A DNA stretch of 64,000 bases, from assembly GCF_006345805.1 (NCBI RefSeq), contig NC_042998.1, positions 193,626,001 through 193,690,000 on the forward strand, in the 5' to 3' direction. Source of the DNA: Octopus sinensis. Lineage: Eukaryota. Position 1 is the first letter of the stretch, and every line of letters starts with the position of its first letter. Positions 40,340 through 54,759 of this stretch are shown here, in pieces. The notes below the pieces were generated by a model. The model was given only the letters and a program-made list of their open reading frames with translations. It was not told the DNA's origin and did no database searches. The position numbers and the translations under genes are program-made.

Positions 40340-43031
40340 CATACATACATACATACATACATAGACAAAGAACGTTTTATAATGAGTTGATGAGTACTGG
40401 AAGATAAACATAAACTAAGTCAATAGCATTGCTTTTCCCATTTCTCTAACGACGTATATATCGTTGCACTAATCTAAATACAATGTTGCATTTCTTTATG
40501 GGCCATTTTCAATTTCCTTCTTTTATCCTATTTCGTTTTACTTCGTACTTAATTACAATTTTCACTGAATGTTCTCATTTTGCTGTTTCTATATTTAATG
40601 CACATTTTATTAGAAATGTATCATACATACATACATACATGTTGTTTAGATATTTACCAATCATATCACATTGTGAGATACTTCACTATTAATTTCCGTA
40701 GATAGAATTATTTAAAAAAATATCCCCGATGCTATTGTTTTCTAAGACGTAATTCACTGAATTCACGTCAACTGAACTCCAACCCACGACCACAATATTT
40801 AAAAGAAAAATTCATATTTCTATTTGTCAACCCTGTTGTCCATGTATATTTTTAACTACTTGAATACAACCCACAGAGGAAGCTTTCGCGTTCTTACTCA
40901 ACTAGTAAGAAATGACAACCAAATCTCCCTCAAGTCACATCCTACTCTTTTGGTAAAAAGAACCCTTGAATAGTATATTCCTAGATATACTTAAAAAAAC
41001 AGGATGGTTTTTGTTGGAACGCTGTTAATAATAGGATTGTTTTATCTCTGCTTACCTCTGGATAAAAAGTAATAACCTGCAAGAAACAGCAACCAAGTCT
41101 CCCTCAAATCACACCCTAACCTTTTAAAAAGAGAAGACACATTGAATAATGCATTCTTGTATACGCTTAAAAAGACGAGATGATCCTGGTTGGAACGCCA
41201 TCGATCAGAGGTCTGCTCGATCGGGCTAAGCAAGAACAGTTTCCCCTAAACAAGAACAGGTTTCCTCTAAATCAACAGAAAAATTAAGAAAATGTCTTGC
41301 AGTAGTGTTTAGTTATATTTCTTTATGTCCTGAGTTCAAATTTCTGTGGGTAGACTTCTTTTCGACATTGATAAAATACTGGATTACTATTTCCGACTAT
41401 GCTTCTTGCGCAAAACTTGTTAACCTGTGCATATATATCAAAATCGATTTTATTATCCTTTGAATTACATCGTGTCAGTCGTACATTTTGTGTCAGTTGG
41501 GTTACACGAGTCAACGAGAAAATCTCTTTTCAGTTGTTCGATTCGCTCGAATAAGTCCCTTAAATCACACCCTCCGTCTTCAATAAAATGGATACAATGG
41601 ACAACAGGCTCAAAAAGACAGGAGGGTCACGATTGGGATGCTTTTACTATTAAATCTGCACCATGAAATTTGGCCTGGTGCTAAGCATCGGCAACAAGCG
41701 ATAAAGTGGTAGAGTCATTACAACATTGAGCAGAACGCCATGTGATATTTGCTCCGTATCTCTGCGCTCTGATTTCTGAAGTCAACATTGACTTTCTTCT
41801 CTTCGTGATCGATAAATGTTGTATCCTCCGACTCCAATGTCGAGGTACCGCCAATTGTGACGGATGGTTTAGATACATTGTACCAGTATAATAACAGTAA
41901 ACAAGATAAGAATGCTGCCGTAACAACAACGTAACGATCCAACAATCTCTTCACGAACCAACAATCAATATTCCAAACGAACTAACCAACCGATGCCTTC
42001 CGACTTCACTGAGAACTCCACTCGAACTATAACACACAAACCTCACTCCGACCACTGTATTTCTTGCAAGGGAGTGCCGTGACTCTCATCACAACAATAA
42101 AGAACCAGTCAAGTAGTAGAGCTATTTCTTTCTGTTCTTTTCCCCCATTCATTTTCCTTCGTCTTCCTTTTTTCTTCTTAGGATTGGTTATGGGGAAGGA
42201 AGTATGAAAAATGCTTTTAAACTGCATTCCCACTAATCCTTTTGGCATTTCTCAATGGACTCGCAATGAAAAAGAACTTGTCATCCGAACAGCAACGAGA
42301 GACATCACCTCCGAACAATGCTTTGTTCGGGATAAATATAACAGGCATATTGTTCTATGTTGTTCTATGTTGTTGTTGTTGTCGTCGTCGTTGTTGTCCC
42401 CGTTATTTAGCAACCCTATGGCGAACCACATTTTAGCTGTGAACGCCTTATCATTTTAGGGGCAGTCATTTTATTTCTAAAATCGTAGAATGATATTTGA
42501 AAGAATATTGGCTGTTATTTCTAGCAGACTGATTAGCCACGTATCTCTCGCTTGGTTCACTATCTCTTTGTCTTGTGGTTGCTTCTGGCGATCAGCAGAC
42601 AAAAACGAGTTAAGAAATCGACGTATTAAGTCAGTAAACAGGTTCTTGTTTTTTTTTTGTTTTGTTTTTTTTTTAATTACACCATTTCATCCATCAATGA
42701 GAACTATAATCAAAGGTCTTCTTCATATAACCATACAATCTTATTTTCCAGGCATAGTACATCTAGGATTACATGATCCTGTGTATACGACATTTTTAAA
42801 AGATTGTAGACGACGATTTAAAATGGATATAATTGCTACATCTAGCATTACGAGAGACCACCTAGAGGCTCCTTCTTGAATTTTTTTCTTCAGTTTATGC
42901 CATGTAAAACCGGTTTAATCGCAGAAGGAAGAAGAGCAGTGTTCATGACTCCTTTCAGAATCTGAGACTGCTGGGAGAAAATATGAAGTTGTCCTGAGAC
43001 CAGAAAACTTGTTCCTAATATTTACAATAAA

Positions 43032-43285
43032 AAACACCCAAAGGCCACGTGATGGCGTTAACCCGGACGACAGATGAGTTCTACTTCCGACGGGCTTCAA
43101 TACAGTCTTTATCCACGAATGCCGCCAATCGACCCGAAGCTTAGAAAGCAGACACCCAAAAGCCATGTGATTGTGTTAAACCGGATGACAGATAAGTTCT
43201 ACTTCCGATGGGCTTCAATACAGTCTCCGTCCACGAATGCCGCCAATCGACCCGAAGCTGAGAAAGAAAACACCCAAAATGTCAC
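43032..43285. repeat. ~118-bp tandem duplication of a decayed SINE B-like segment
   Basis: TCTACTTCCGA..CCACGAATGCCGCCAATCGACCCGAAGCT occurs twice. Confidence 0.75.
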
Positions 43286-43923
43286 ACAGTCAGATGGAAA
43301 TTGGAACCACGTCGTTGCGAAGTGAACTTTTTTTTATCTATACTACCATTTTTCAAGATTCACATAAACTTGATAATATTTTATTTTCTGCCTTCTTCGA
43401 AAATCCTTGGCCATCTTTCAAGTCGAATGAAATGAATGACAGCAGTGTGAAATGTGGGAGAGCAAAAATGAGCTCTAAGAAGAAATTTTAACTAATTACA
43501 GTTGCTTCATTTATTTTTTATTAATTGTTTCATCGGTTTTAAATGGATTTTCTTTTACTCCCTCAACATGACCATAACCTGTCTTGTTTCTTTTTAATTA
43601 AGCTCGTTTTGGGATGTTCTGTTTTTTTTTTCGTAATATTATAAATTTTATTCTGTAAAAGTGATTTTCAAAAAAATCAATGGAATGTGATCGATCTCAA
43701 AGTATGACCGAAACTTATTTTACGGTTCTAATTAATTCGGACGATCCACATTCCCCCCACAAACTATGCCTTTATAGTTTCTCTGAAAACAATTATTGCT
43801 AACTAATCACCTTCAAGCTTCGGGAATATTTTTATGCACGGGAAGACTACAAAATTGACAAACAGCATTGCTTCGGGTGTGACAACATAGCCTCCGAAGA
43901 TCCAATTTCCGCAACGCAACATG

Positions 43924-43966
<43 letters not shown>

Positions 43967-44403
43967 TACTACTACAACTACTACTACTACTACTACTACT
44001 ACTGTTATCAATAATATTTGGTGGACTGCTGTCGACGCCTCAACAAGACACAGTAAACACAGTCCACATCTGCCCCCGGACCTGTGTAATAGGAACGTCA
44101 CCTTAAGATCACTTGTGTGCAGGATCAAAGATAAAGACTTCCTGTAACATCCTCTAACTGTCCCCCGTCACCCCTTTCCATATCGCCACTGGACCTATGA
44201 AATAAGTGTAATGATGTTGGTGCTGGTTTCTTTACTGAAAAACCTGCCCGATGAATAATGTTTAAGTGGTTATGACCTGTGCAGCCAGACCCTCTTCTCT
44301 CGTTCTACAAGCTTGTACTGGTCTAGTGCGATATGTCATTTGTTGTGCTGTGTTGTTCTTTTTTCCTGCGTAGAGGGTTGTATTGTCTTCTACCTAATAC
44401 CTG

Positions 44404-44709
44404 TGGAGGCGTTGTGAGTGTTTATTGAGCGAAAACACCTAAAGCTCCACGAGGCTCCGGCAGGGATGGTGGTGATCCCTGCTGTACTCTTTCACCACAA
44501 CTTTCTCTCACTCTTACTTCCTGTTTCTGTTGTACCTGTATTTCAAGGGGCCGGCCTTGTCACTCTCTGTGTCACGCTGAATATCCCCGAGAACTGCGTT
44601 AAGGGTACACGTGTCTGTGGAGTGCTCAGCCACTTAATTTCACGAGCAGGCTGTTCCGTTGATCAGATCAACCGGAACCCTCGTCGTCGTAACCGACGGA
44701 GTGCTTCCA
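44404..44709 (+). mobile_element. SINE family C-related copy with deleted head and different tail
   Basis: GTTTATTGAGC.AAAACACCTAAAGCTCCACG body shared with 37318-37594. Confidence 0.7.
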
Positions 44710-44742
44710 CGTGCACATAGCATAGTAGTGCCACTATGTATA

Positions 44743-44790
44743 CTAGCAGAAAGACCGCCCGAAGGGGCGGTTTTCTGTTCGTCAAACCTG

Positions 44791-44792
<2 letters not shown>
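44743..44792 (-). mobile_element. Helitron 3' terminus
   Basis: Reverse strand ACCGCCCCTTCGGGCGGT hairpin followed by CTTTCTGCTAG|T. Confidence 0.65.
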
Positions 44793-44837
<45 letters not shown>

Positions 44838-45870
44838 TATGTGTGCGTGTGTGTGCCTGTATGTGTATGTGTTTATATTCGAGAGACAGTGTGGAGGAGA
44901 GAGGGGGAGAGAACATTGCAAAAAACGAATGAACTAAACATGAAATGAAAAAATCATATAAATAAAAGCTCGTTAAAAACTTGTACCGAATATTCAAATT
45001 TGTGAACTTGAAACTCAATAATAAAAGGAAGTTCAGAAAGTAAATATTCCTAAAACTTCAATTTATAGAAACAATCTCACTTGCTTAGTAAATATATCTT
45101 GCAATAATTTTTTCGTGATTGTAATATATCTGTAATTTTAACAACCTTCAAGGTTTAGCATGCTAGAAATAGCAGCGATCACATAGTTATTACTGTAAGG
45201 CTTATAGCATTCCAAACAGCCATACCAACAAAATCACTTAATTTTACCAATCATTTTTTTTTTGTTTTTAATTATACCGGTATATTAAAATTTTTTCATT
45301 TTATCGAAAATAAGCCTCAAATTTATTCAGCTGTTTTGGCTAATAGCATTTCTTTCATTCAATAAATAATGTTTTTACATTACGTCTATAGAATAAACTG
45401 TGAGTTTTTCAAATAGCGAACTTGAAATGGAAACATTAATGAATTATCATTAAGGAATTATCATTAATGAATTATCATTAATGAAAATAGAGGCGGGAGA
45501 GAGTGAGGGACTGTTGCAAAACGGGAAATTCGCCTGCAACGAATTAATATTATGTATTAACGTGAATGCAACGAATATTTAAATTTGTGAAAAATTTGTA
45601 CTTCAAATATTCAATAACCTTCAGAAATCGAAATCATAGGAAATTGATTGCTATATAAATTTATAAAAAAATTTCCAGACGGTGAAGCCTTTAATAATTG
45701 CTTTCTTTTATTAATTGTTACATAGCTAATTAATAAGAAGCTTTCTCCAGTATAACATAGCTGTAATTGTGTGTGTATCTAAATCGCGGTGGGTGGGGTT
45801 GTAAACATATGTATTTTTGTTGCTATTGTTATTACTGTTGTTACTGCTGCTGCTGTTGTTGTTGTTGTTG

Positions 45871-46056
45871 TTGTTAAGCAACAAGACGGGTAAGGGTGAT
45901 TAGGTGATGGTCTAGGACCTAGGGGCGTGAGACCCCAGACCTTGGAAAAAAAAAAACTTTGGTCGTCTTGTTGTAGTCGAGGGCTCTTCATTGACGCCCG
46001 ACACCACTGGAAGTCGCTGGAAATGGAGATCTCCAGGTCCAAATTCTTGAACGGCT
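45871..46056 (-). mobile_element. Second copy of the (AAC)n-embedded ~200-bp repeat
   Basis: Aligns with 37074-37272 apart from an internal deletion. Confidence 0.7.
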
Positions 46057-46190
46057 GTTGTTGCTGCTGTTATTCCTGTTGTTGTTTAACTTTAGGCCAA
46101 CTGTGATTAAGCAGATTTACCAAAATCATTCCAATCACTTTTTTTTATTCGATCTGTCATGCCCCTTATACCAAACATTACATTATCATA

Positions 46191-46698
<508 letters not shown>

Positions 46699-47759
46699 TG
46701 TGGTAAGTAGCTTCCTTTTTTTTTTTTTTCTTTGAAGACAACAGTGTGATATTTTTGTTTATGCTAATAGTGGTTGTGTGGGCGGCGACTGCGTTGGCGT
46801 CATTATTGTGTTGTTGTCGTTGTGATTGACGTCGACTCATCATCATCATCGGCAATACATTTTATCAATTTTCTCTTGACTTTGTCCTTTCCTTCACCGT
46901 TGGCGCGAATAAAGCCAAAATATAAAGAAAATCCTTTGTGAGGAATGTCAACTGCCTGAAATAATGGTGTAAAACTCACGTATCGGTGCTTAGAGTGGTT
47001 AAATTTTAAATAGCATGTAACCCGTTTGTTTTATCAAAATATTTTGCTATGGCTGTTGGTAAACATGTTACAACGTGTATATTCACAGCCTTTTCATTGG
47101 CTTTCAATCATAGCATTAACCGTTTATTAAATGCCTTATTCTTCAAACAAAACCATCTCAGTTCTTGTAATCTTTTATTTCATTTCTTTATTTAATTTCA
47201 TAAACATACATGTTTATTTAGCTGTTCATTATATTATATAATTTTTTTTTCCCTACGTTCGTTGATTTATTTCTTGAATTGTGTATTTAGGGTATTTAGA
47301 CTTTAAGTGAAAAATTTGCCGTACGACAACCTAATCACATTCCGTCCGCTTGAACTATTTTTTTCTTTAACTTTAGTCGGCGTATTAGTAGTGGAGCATA
47401 ACAGATCAGATCGATCTGTGCAACCATCCAAGAAATACAGATGATTTCCTTCTAGCTACTTTGTGCTACACACATAACTCTGAATATCGTATTATTCTGA
47501 GAAGGAAAAGATGATTGTGGAAGAAAAGAAAAAAGGAGGAGGGAGTAAGAGCAGAGGTTTTTAAAAGGCTACTCAGTCTATTCAAGTGTTGATATGTTCA
47601 GAAACACATCTGCTTAGGCCTGATACGCAAAGCTATATCTTTATTTTCTCATTAACGTAATGTGTGCGCGTGTGAGTGTGTTTATGTATTTATATATATG
47701 TGTGCATATACATGTATCTATATACAGATAGACATTACACACACTCACACACACACACT

Positions 47760-47791
<32 letters not shown>

Positions 47792-47978
47792 ATTCCTTTA
47801 CTAGTTGGACTGCAACTAAACTGGGCGCCATCTTTAAAGTTTTTAGCGGAGCATATCCACATTTGTACTCACTTCAAACTGACTTCATTGTTTTCTACTT
47901 CTCGCTCCGGTTTCTTACGGAACAGAAGCGCAGTATAAACAAAGGCGCCATTGTGAATGTAAACACAGACCCTCACAC

Positions 47979-48018
<40 letters not shown>

Positions 48019-48806
48019 CACACACACACACACATCTCCATGTTTCTCATCATATATGATTGTGTATTTGTGCGTGTGTATGTATTTATTAATTTTAATC
48101 ATATCAAACACTGATAGTCTACGCTGAGTTTCAAAATGGGCCTATCTAGTTCAGCCTGGGGCAAAACTCAGAGCAAACTGTCGACTTTTGATATAAATAA
48201 CTTTAATAAACGTATCTCTCCACTCCTAATTTTCCATATTTTTTTGTGCGAACAGAGAAGGTAAACAAAAATTTAGCGGTGATTGTTAGAGACATTAAAT
48301 GACAAAGTTAAGCATGTTTCTTAAATGAATTATTATCGTGTTACAAGAAGACATACTGATTTTCATTTCGAACGTGAGGCAGCTATGAATTCATGTTTCT
48401 GTCTCAATAAGTGTCATCAGCATAGCATTGTCATTTATTGACTTCGAAACCAGATTTAGGCAATTCACATGTACGAAATGTGAGTCAAAAACATTCATGC
48501 TTAATATGTGTGCGTGTATATATGTGATATACCAATATACACTTATATATACATACATGTGTGTATGTGTGTACGTGTATGTGCATGCATGTATGTATGT
48601 CTGTCGTTATTCAGTTTTATTTCACGATTTCATGCCAATAGAGTAAGAGTCGGCTCCTTCATTGGAATTTCAACATCAACAGAGTATTTTTGTATGTATG
48701 TATATATGCATGCATGTATGTATGTATGTATGTATGTATGTATGTATGTATGTATGTATTATGTATGTATGTATGTATGTATGTATGTATGTATGTATGT
48801 ATGTAG

Positions 48807-50274
48807 GTATGTATATATGTATGTATGCATGCATGTATATGTGCAGATTTGTATGTTTTGCTTTATGTATGTATTTTCATGACATGTTCATATATATTTA
48901 AATGATAAACTTTTTTTAAAGTTCCAGTGATTGATTAGATCTGTAGTCTTTGAATCAGCTTTCCCCTTTCTGGTTTTCAGAAACCTAATATGTATGTATG
49001 ACTCTTCTATATATATTTTTTTTAATATTATAAATCTTCCACTGAGGAGGAAGCCGGTTTCCAACAAAGATACAAGGCTCCATCTTTGGGATGTAGTTAA
49101 CACAGACAAATTCACATTTGGAACTTGAGAAAAGTCTTGCATATTTTTACTGTTCCACTCACAGATTGCGCTTGTAATGTACGAATTAGCCGGTCGATTT
49201 CTCTTTCTGAAAATCCCAGTTTATCCAGATTTTCCTTTAAGCATTTACTAACGGATTTCTTTATAGAGTGTCCTAGCTACATCATGTCTCATCAGTAGAT
49301 AACAACGGGTTGACATTTTCGGACAACTGCTTATGATGTGGATGATATCTTCAGTGTGAACCCAACAAAGTCTGCATCGGTTGTCACGTTTTACTGCTTT
49401 TCCTGCATCTTTATCATTTTTGTGCATCAGGTACTTAGTTGATATGTATGTATGGTATGTATGTATGTTGTATGTATGTATGTATGTAGTATGTATGTAT
49501 GTATTATGTATGTATGTATGTATGTATTATGTATGTATGTATGTATTATGTATGTATGTATGTATGTATATGTATGTATGTATGTATGTATTATGTATGT
49601 ATGTATGTATGTTGTATGTATGTATGTGTATGTATGTATGTATGTATATATGTATGTATGCATGCATGTATATGTGCAGATTTGTATGTTTTGCTTTATG
49701 TATGTATTTTCATGACATGTTCATATATATTTAAATGATAAACTTTTTTTAAAGTTCCAGTGATTGATTAGATCTGTAGTCTTTGAATCAGCTTTCCCCT
49801 TTCTGGTTTTCAGAAACCTAATATGTATGTATGACTCTTCTATATATATTTTTTTTAATATTATAAATCTTCCACTGAGGAGGAAGCCGGTTTCCAACAA
49901 AGATACAAGGCTCCATCTTTGGGATGTAGTTAACACAGACAAATTCACATTTGGAACTTGAGAAAAGTCTTGCATATTTTTACTGTTCCACTCACAGATT
50001 GCGCTTGTAATGTACGAATTAGCCGGTCGATTTCTCTTTCTGAAAATCCCAGTTTATCCAGATTTTCCTTTAAGCATTTACTAACGGATTTCTTTATAGA
50101 GTGTCCTAGCTACATCATGTCTCATCAGTAGATAACAACGGGTTGACATTTTCGGACAACTGCTTATGATGTGGATGATATCTTCAGTGTGAACCCAACA
50201 AAGTCTGCATCGGTTGTCACGTTTTACTGCTTTTCCTGCATCTTTATCATTTTTGTGCATCAGGTACTTAGTTG

Positions 50275-50287
<13 letters not shown>
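48807..50287. repeat. Tandem duplication, 833-bp period (48807-49454 / 49640-50287)
   Basis: Identical ORF pairs in the track are offset by 833; the copies are bounded by (TATG)n arrays. Confidence 0.92.
49050..49443 (-). mobile_element. R4/Dong-like fragment (CCHC knuckle, RHD motif); duplicate at 49883-50276
   Basis: CRLCWVHTEDIIHIISSCPKMSTRCYLLMRHDVARTLY. Confidence 0.8.
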
Positions 50288-50305
<18 letters not shown>

Positions 50306-50820
50306 TGTATGTATGTATGTATGTATGTATGTATTTATGTATGTATGTATGTATGTATTTATGTATGTATGTATGTATGTATGTATGTATGTATGTATGT
50401 ATGTACGTACGTACGTATGTATGTATGTATGTATGTATGTATGTAGTATGTATGTGTGTATGTATGTATGTATGTATGTATGTACGTATGTATGTATGTA
50501 CGTATGTATGTATGTATGCATGTATGTCTGTCTGTCTGTATGTATGTATGTACGTATGTATGTATGTACGTATGTATGTATATATTTATGTATGTATGTA
50601 CGTATGTATGTATGTATGCATGTATGTCTGTCTGTCTGTATGTATGTTTGTACGTATGTATGTATGTACGTATGTATGTATATATTTATGTATGTATGCA
50701 TGTATGTATGCATGTATGTCTGTCTGTCTGTCTGTATGTATGTATGTATGTATGTATGTATGTATGTATGTATGTATGTATGTATGTATGTATGTATGTA
50801 TTGTGTATGGTATGTATGTG
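50288..50820. repeat. (TATG)n array
   Basis: Seen directly. Confidence 0.95.
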
Positions 50821-50841
50821 TGAATGAATGCAATATAGAAA

Positions 50842-50975
50842 GCCGCACGGCTTAGTGGTTAGACTGTTACACCCATGTTCATAAGAATGTGATTTCGATT
50901 CCCGGGCTGGGCGATGTGTTGTGTTCTTAAGCAAAACATTCCACTTCACGTTGCTCCAGTTCACTCAGCTGGTGA
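50842..50975 (+). mobile_element. Old tRNA-headed SINE 5' part
   Basis: CGGCTTAGTGG A-box, TTTCGATTCC B-box, GTGTTCTTAAGCAAAACA..GCTCCAG. Confidence 0.6.
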
Positions 50976-51062
50976 AAGATGAATAATGCAGGAATGAGAT
51001 GGAATATATACGTCACACAATCTGGGAAGCCGGCCTTATGAGCTCCTTTGATGTATACATAT

Positions 51063-51115
<53 letters not shown>

Positions 51116-51600
51116 GACCTTTCACCGGTGTCGATGTTTATATTAAATCTTTTTGTGCGACTTAAATTTCAGGTTCAACAAATAGAGAGCGATGAAATAA
51201 ACACTGGTATCAATGATTTAAGCTAAATCCTTTAAGACGGTGCTCCAGTTTGGCTGCAGTCCAATGGTAATGTGTGATTTGAGGAAGAGTTAGCTACCAT
51301 CTCTATTTTTATTTCTATTTCGAATGACCATGCAGAAGCACCCCCTTGTTTGTTTGTGTTTGTCATAGCCATAATATAAGATTGCAACTTCTAATGCTCA
51401 CAGTGAGTTATTGATTTACGTAATATAATTTAATCCTTATTCTGAATAATCAGTGCAATGTTAACTACTTCAAATGTATTATTATTTCGCTTGTTACTAA
51501 ATATTCCACTGTTTAACTTACGCTTGAAACGAAGAAACTTTATTCTTACGTGGAGTACAACCTATAAACTTAAATAATAATAACAATACTTCTGGCCGAA

Positions 51601-52490
51601 GGCGGCGAGCTGGCAGAATCGTTAGCACGCCGGGCGAAATGCTTAGCGGTATTTCGTCTGGCGTTACGTTCCGAGTTCAAATTCTGCCGAGGTTGACTTT
51701 GCCTTTCATCCTTTCGGGGTCGATTAAATAAGTACCAGTAACGCACTGGGGTCGATATAATCGACTTCATCCGTTTGTCTGTCCTTGTGTGTCCTCTCTG
51801 TGTTTAGCCCCTTGTGGATAGTAAAGAAAAAGGTATGAGGAAGGCAGCGAGCTATCAGAAACGTTAGCACGCCGGGCGAAATGCTTAGCGGTATTTCGTC
51901 TGGCGTTACGTTCTGAGTTCAAATTCCGCCGAGGTTGACTTTGCCTTTCATCCTTTCGGGGTCGATAAATTAAGTACCAGTTACGCACTGGGGTCGATGT
52001 AATCGACTTAATACCTATGTCTGTCCTTGTTTGTCCCCTCTGTGTTTAGCCCCTTGTGGGTAATAAAGAAATAGGTATTTCCTCTGGCGTTACGTTCTGA
52101 GTTCAAATTCTGCTGAGGTCGACTTTGCCTTTCATCCTTTCGTGGTCGATTAAATAAGTACCAGTTACTCACTGGGGACGATATAATCGACTTAATCCGT
52201 TTGTCTGTCATTGTTTGTCTTCTCTGTGTTTAGCTCCTTATGGGTAGTAGTATGAGGAAGGCAGCGAGCTGGCAGAATCGTTAGCACACCGGGCGAAATG
52301 CTTTGCAGTATTTCGTCTGCCGCTACGTTCTGATTTCAAATTCCGCCGAGATCGACTTTGCCTTTCATCCTTTCGTGGTCGATTAAATAAGTACCAGTTA
52401 CGTACTGGAGTCGATATAATCGACTTAATCCCTTTGTCTGTCCTTGTGCGTCTTCTTTGTGTTTAGCCCCTTGTGGGTAGTAAAGAAATA
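51601..52490 (+). mobile_element. SINE family A cluster (monomer, dimer, monomer)
   Basis: Heads at 51601, 51843 and 52260; (G)GTATGAGGAA flanks the middle dimer. Confidence 0.9.
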
Positions 52491-53946
52491 GATAATATTT
52501 CTGGTCTACTACATGAACTGAAATCTAATTTTTAGGAGATGTCAATAGCTTATTGTTTTGGCTTCATATGAATAAAAGACAAAGTTGAAACTTGTATGAT
52601 TTGATCTCGGGATTTTTTGCCAGCCCGCCGCTGCCAGAGTGCACCAAATTGTAAGAAGTTCCACGGAAATCAAAATGAAACTCTGTGAGAAGATAAAGAA
52701 TGCCTATGTGATCGATCTAAGTGAATACCTCACAGAAGTAGTCGTCAAATTCCTCTCCAGTATTAACTTACCGTCTTAAAAAGGAAGGACAGTCCATTAA
52801 CCCGTACATATCCATGGTTGCGCTTTCGCAACGAAAAACCTTCTCCTACTTATTTGGATATGAACTCGCCGGGAAGCATCTGATTGAATGTACTGTCCTT
52901 CTCTTCTAGATTGTGAAAGCTTACTATAACGTTTAAGCTAAATACAGTGAAGTTTTTTTTTATGGGTTAAATAACATATTTGTAGACATGTTATGTCTGA
53001 AAAATGGCGAGATGATCAAAGCTGGAAGGCCTCTTGCCATAGATCTGCATAATATAAGTGGCCTGAAATAACCGAAAAGTTCTAGCAAGTCAGTATGCAA
53101 AAGTGATTTCAACACTTTTTTTGTGTGACTTAGTCATGGAGGAATGACCTCTTCATTTATTGCACAACTTTCATGACTGAGAGGGGAAGTCAACGAATTA
53201 AGCTTACTTCATGGGTTGTTGTCGAGCAGGAGACCTTTTTGAATTCTTGCAACAAAATGGAACTCATATAAAGAACCTCTTGTTTGTCAGACAACCATTA
53301 ATACTCATAAAATCTGGATAAAAATACACATTTTCATTTTCCCCAACTCGTACTTTTGTGTCTGGTAAAATAAATAATAATACTTAGCCTGATCCGTCGA
53401 ACCAGCGATGAATTATTTATGCAACTGCTCGACCCGTTAGAAAAATCAGCCAAATCCCTTTCAAACCATACTCTCAAAAGAAAAGGGTATCGTTAGTAAC
53501 GTTTTGATCCTAAGTCTCTTCCATTAGGATGGAATTGTGTTTAGATAACAGCAACAGCAACACCACTGCCATATTTACTCCTATATTCATCAATATCGCC
53601 AAACTAACAAACTACGGACAACGGTATGTCAATAATCACATTCAACTGTCTCAAAAACACTGGTTTCTTTCTATACGGTAAGAAAAACAATGATGGCCAT
53701 AATTTTTATTATAGGTCTACTGAGTCAGAGTTGATTTAGGACTAAACTTACAATAATTGTAGCAACTTGCTATAAATAGTAGCCAAATCATGATGGTCTA
53801 CTCGTTTCCAATTGACCTAAAGCGAAGCAACAACGTCATTTGTGTGCAAGAGATTATTCAATAGAAATGCGGGATTATTTAATATATCTATAGATTCATG
53901 CTGTTTAGATAAATCTATAACAGTCATATTATTAAATCAATAAATA

Positions 53947-54614
53947 CGAGGGTGGACTGAATAGTTCATAGACTGACTATGAAGGAGTGGTGCTAGAGCT
54001 GTGAAATCTTTCATGCATTAATTTCAACTCTTCTTATTAATATTTGCATTGCTTCCTTCTTGGTAAACTGACGCCACAACACCGATGGAAGAAATGTGTG
54101 AACCGCAAAAGGGACAATGTTGAAAAATAAACCTCGTAGGCGCAGGAGTGGCTGTGTGGTAAGTAGCTTGCTAACCAACCACATGGTTCCGGGTTCAGTC
54201 CCACTGCGTGGCACCTTGGGCAAGTATCTTCTGATATAGCCCCGGGTCGACCAATTCCTTGTGAGTGGATTTGGTAGACGGAAACTGAAAGAAGCCTGTC
54301 GTATATATGTATATATATATGTATGTGTGTGTGTTTGTGTGTCTGTGTTTGTCCCCCTAGCATTGCTTGACAACCGGTGCTGGTGTGTTTATGTCCCCGT
54401 TACTTAGCGGTTCGGCAAAAGAGACCGATAGAATAAGTACTGGGCTTACAAAAAGAATAAGTCCCGGGGTCGAGTTGCTCGATTAAAGGCGGTGCTCAAG
54501 CATGGCCGCAGTCAAATGACTGAAACAAGTAAAAGAGTAAAAGAGTAAAAGAGTATTTAGTTACATTCCATTAGAGTATCTTGGTCAGTCTATGAACTTT
54601 TCAACCAACCCCCG
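53947..54614. mobile_element. Non-autonomous mariner-type element (TIRs, TA TSD) with nested SINE B
   Basis: TA|CGAGGGTGGACTGAATAGTTCATAGACTGAC ... GTCAGTCTATGAACTTTTCAACCAACCCCCG|TA. Confidence 0.75.
54139..54553 (+). mobile_element. SINE family B, full length
   Basis: Head GGCGCAGGAG, tail (GTAAAAGA)n. Confidence 0.9.
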
Positions 54615-54759
54615 TATACAACTGTATGTATTAAGCCTACCATGTATATATAATGGCAAGGGACCAGTAAATTTATACATATATTTACATTTCGTACATT
54701 TTTATAGTAAGAGTATTTACTATACCTCTACGCAGTCGCTGGTATGTAGAGTAAAATAA

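Noticed and set aside
44747-44777. GC hairpin plus T-run resembling an intrinsic terminator
   Set aside because: Better explained as a Helitron 3' hairpin with CTAG on the minus strand; the DNA is eukaryotic.
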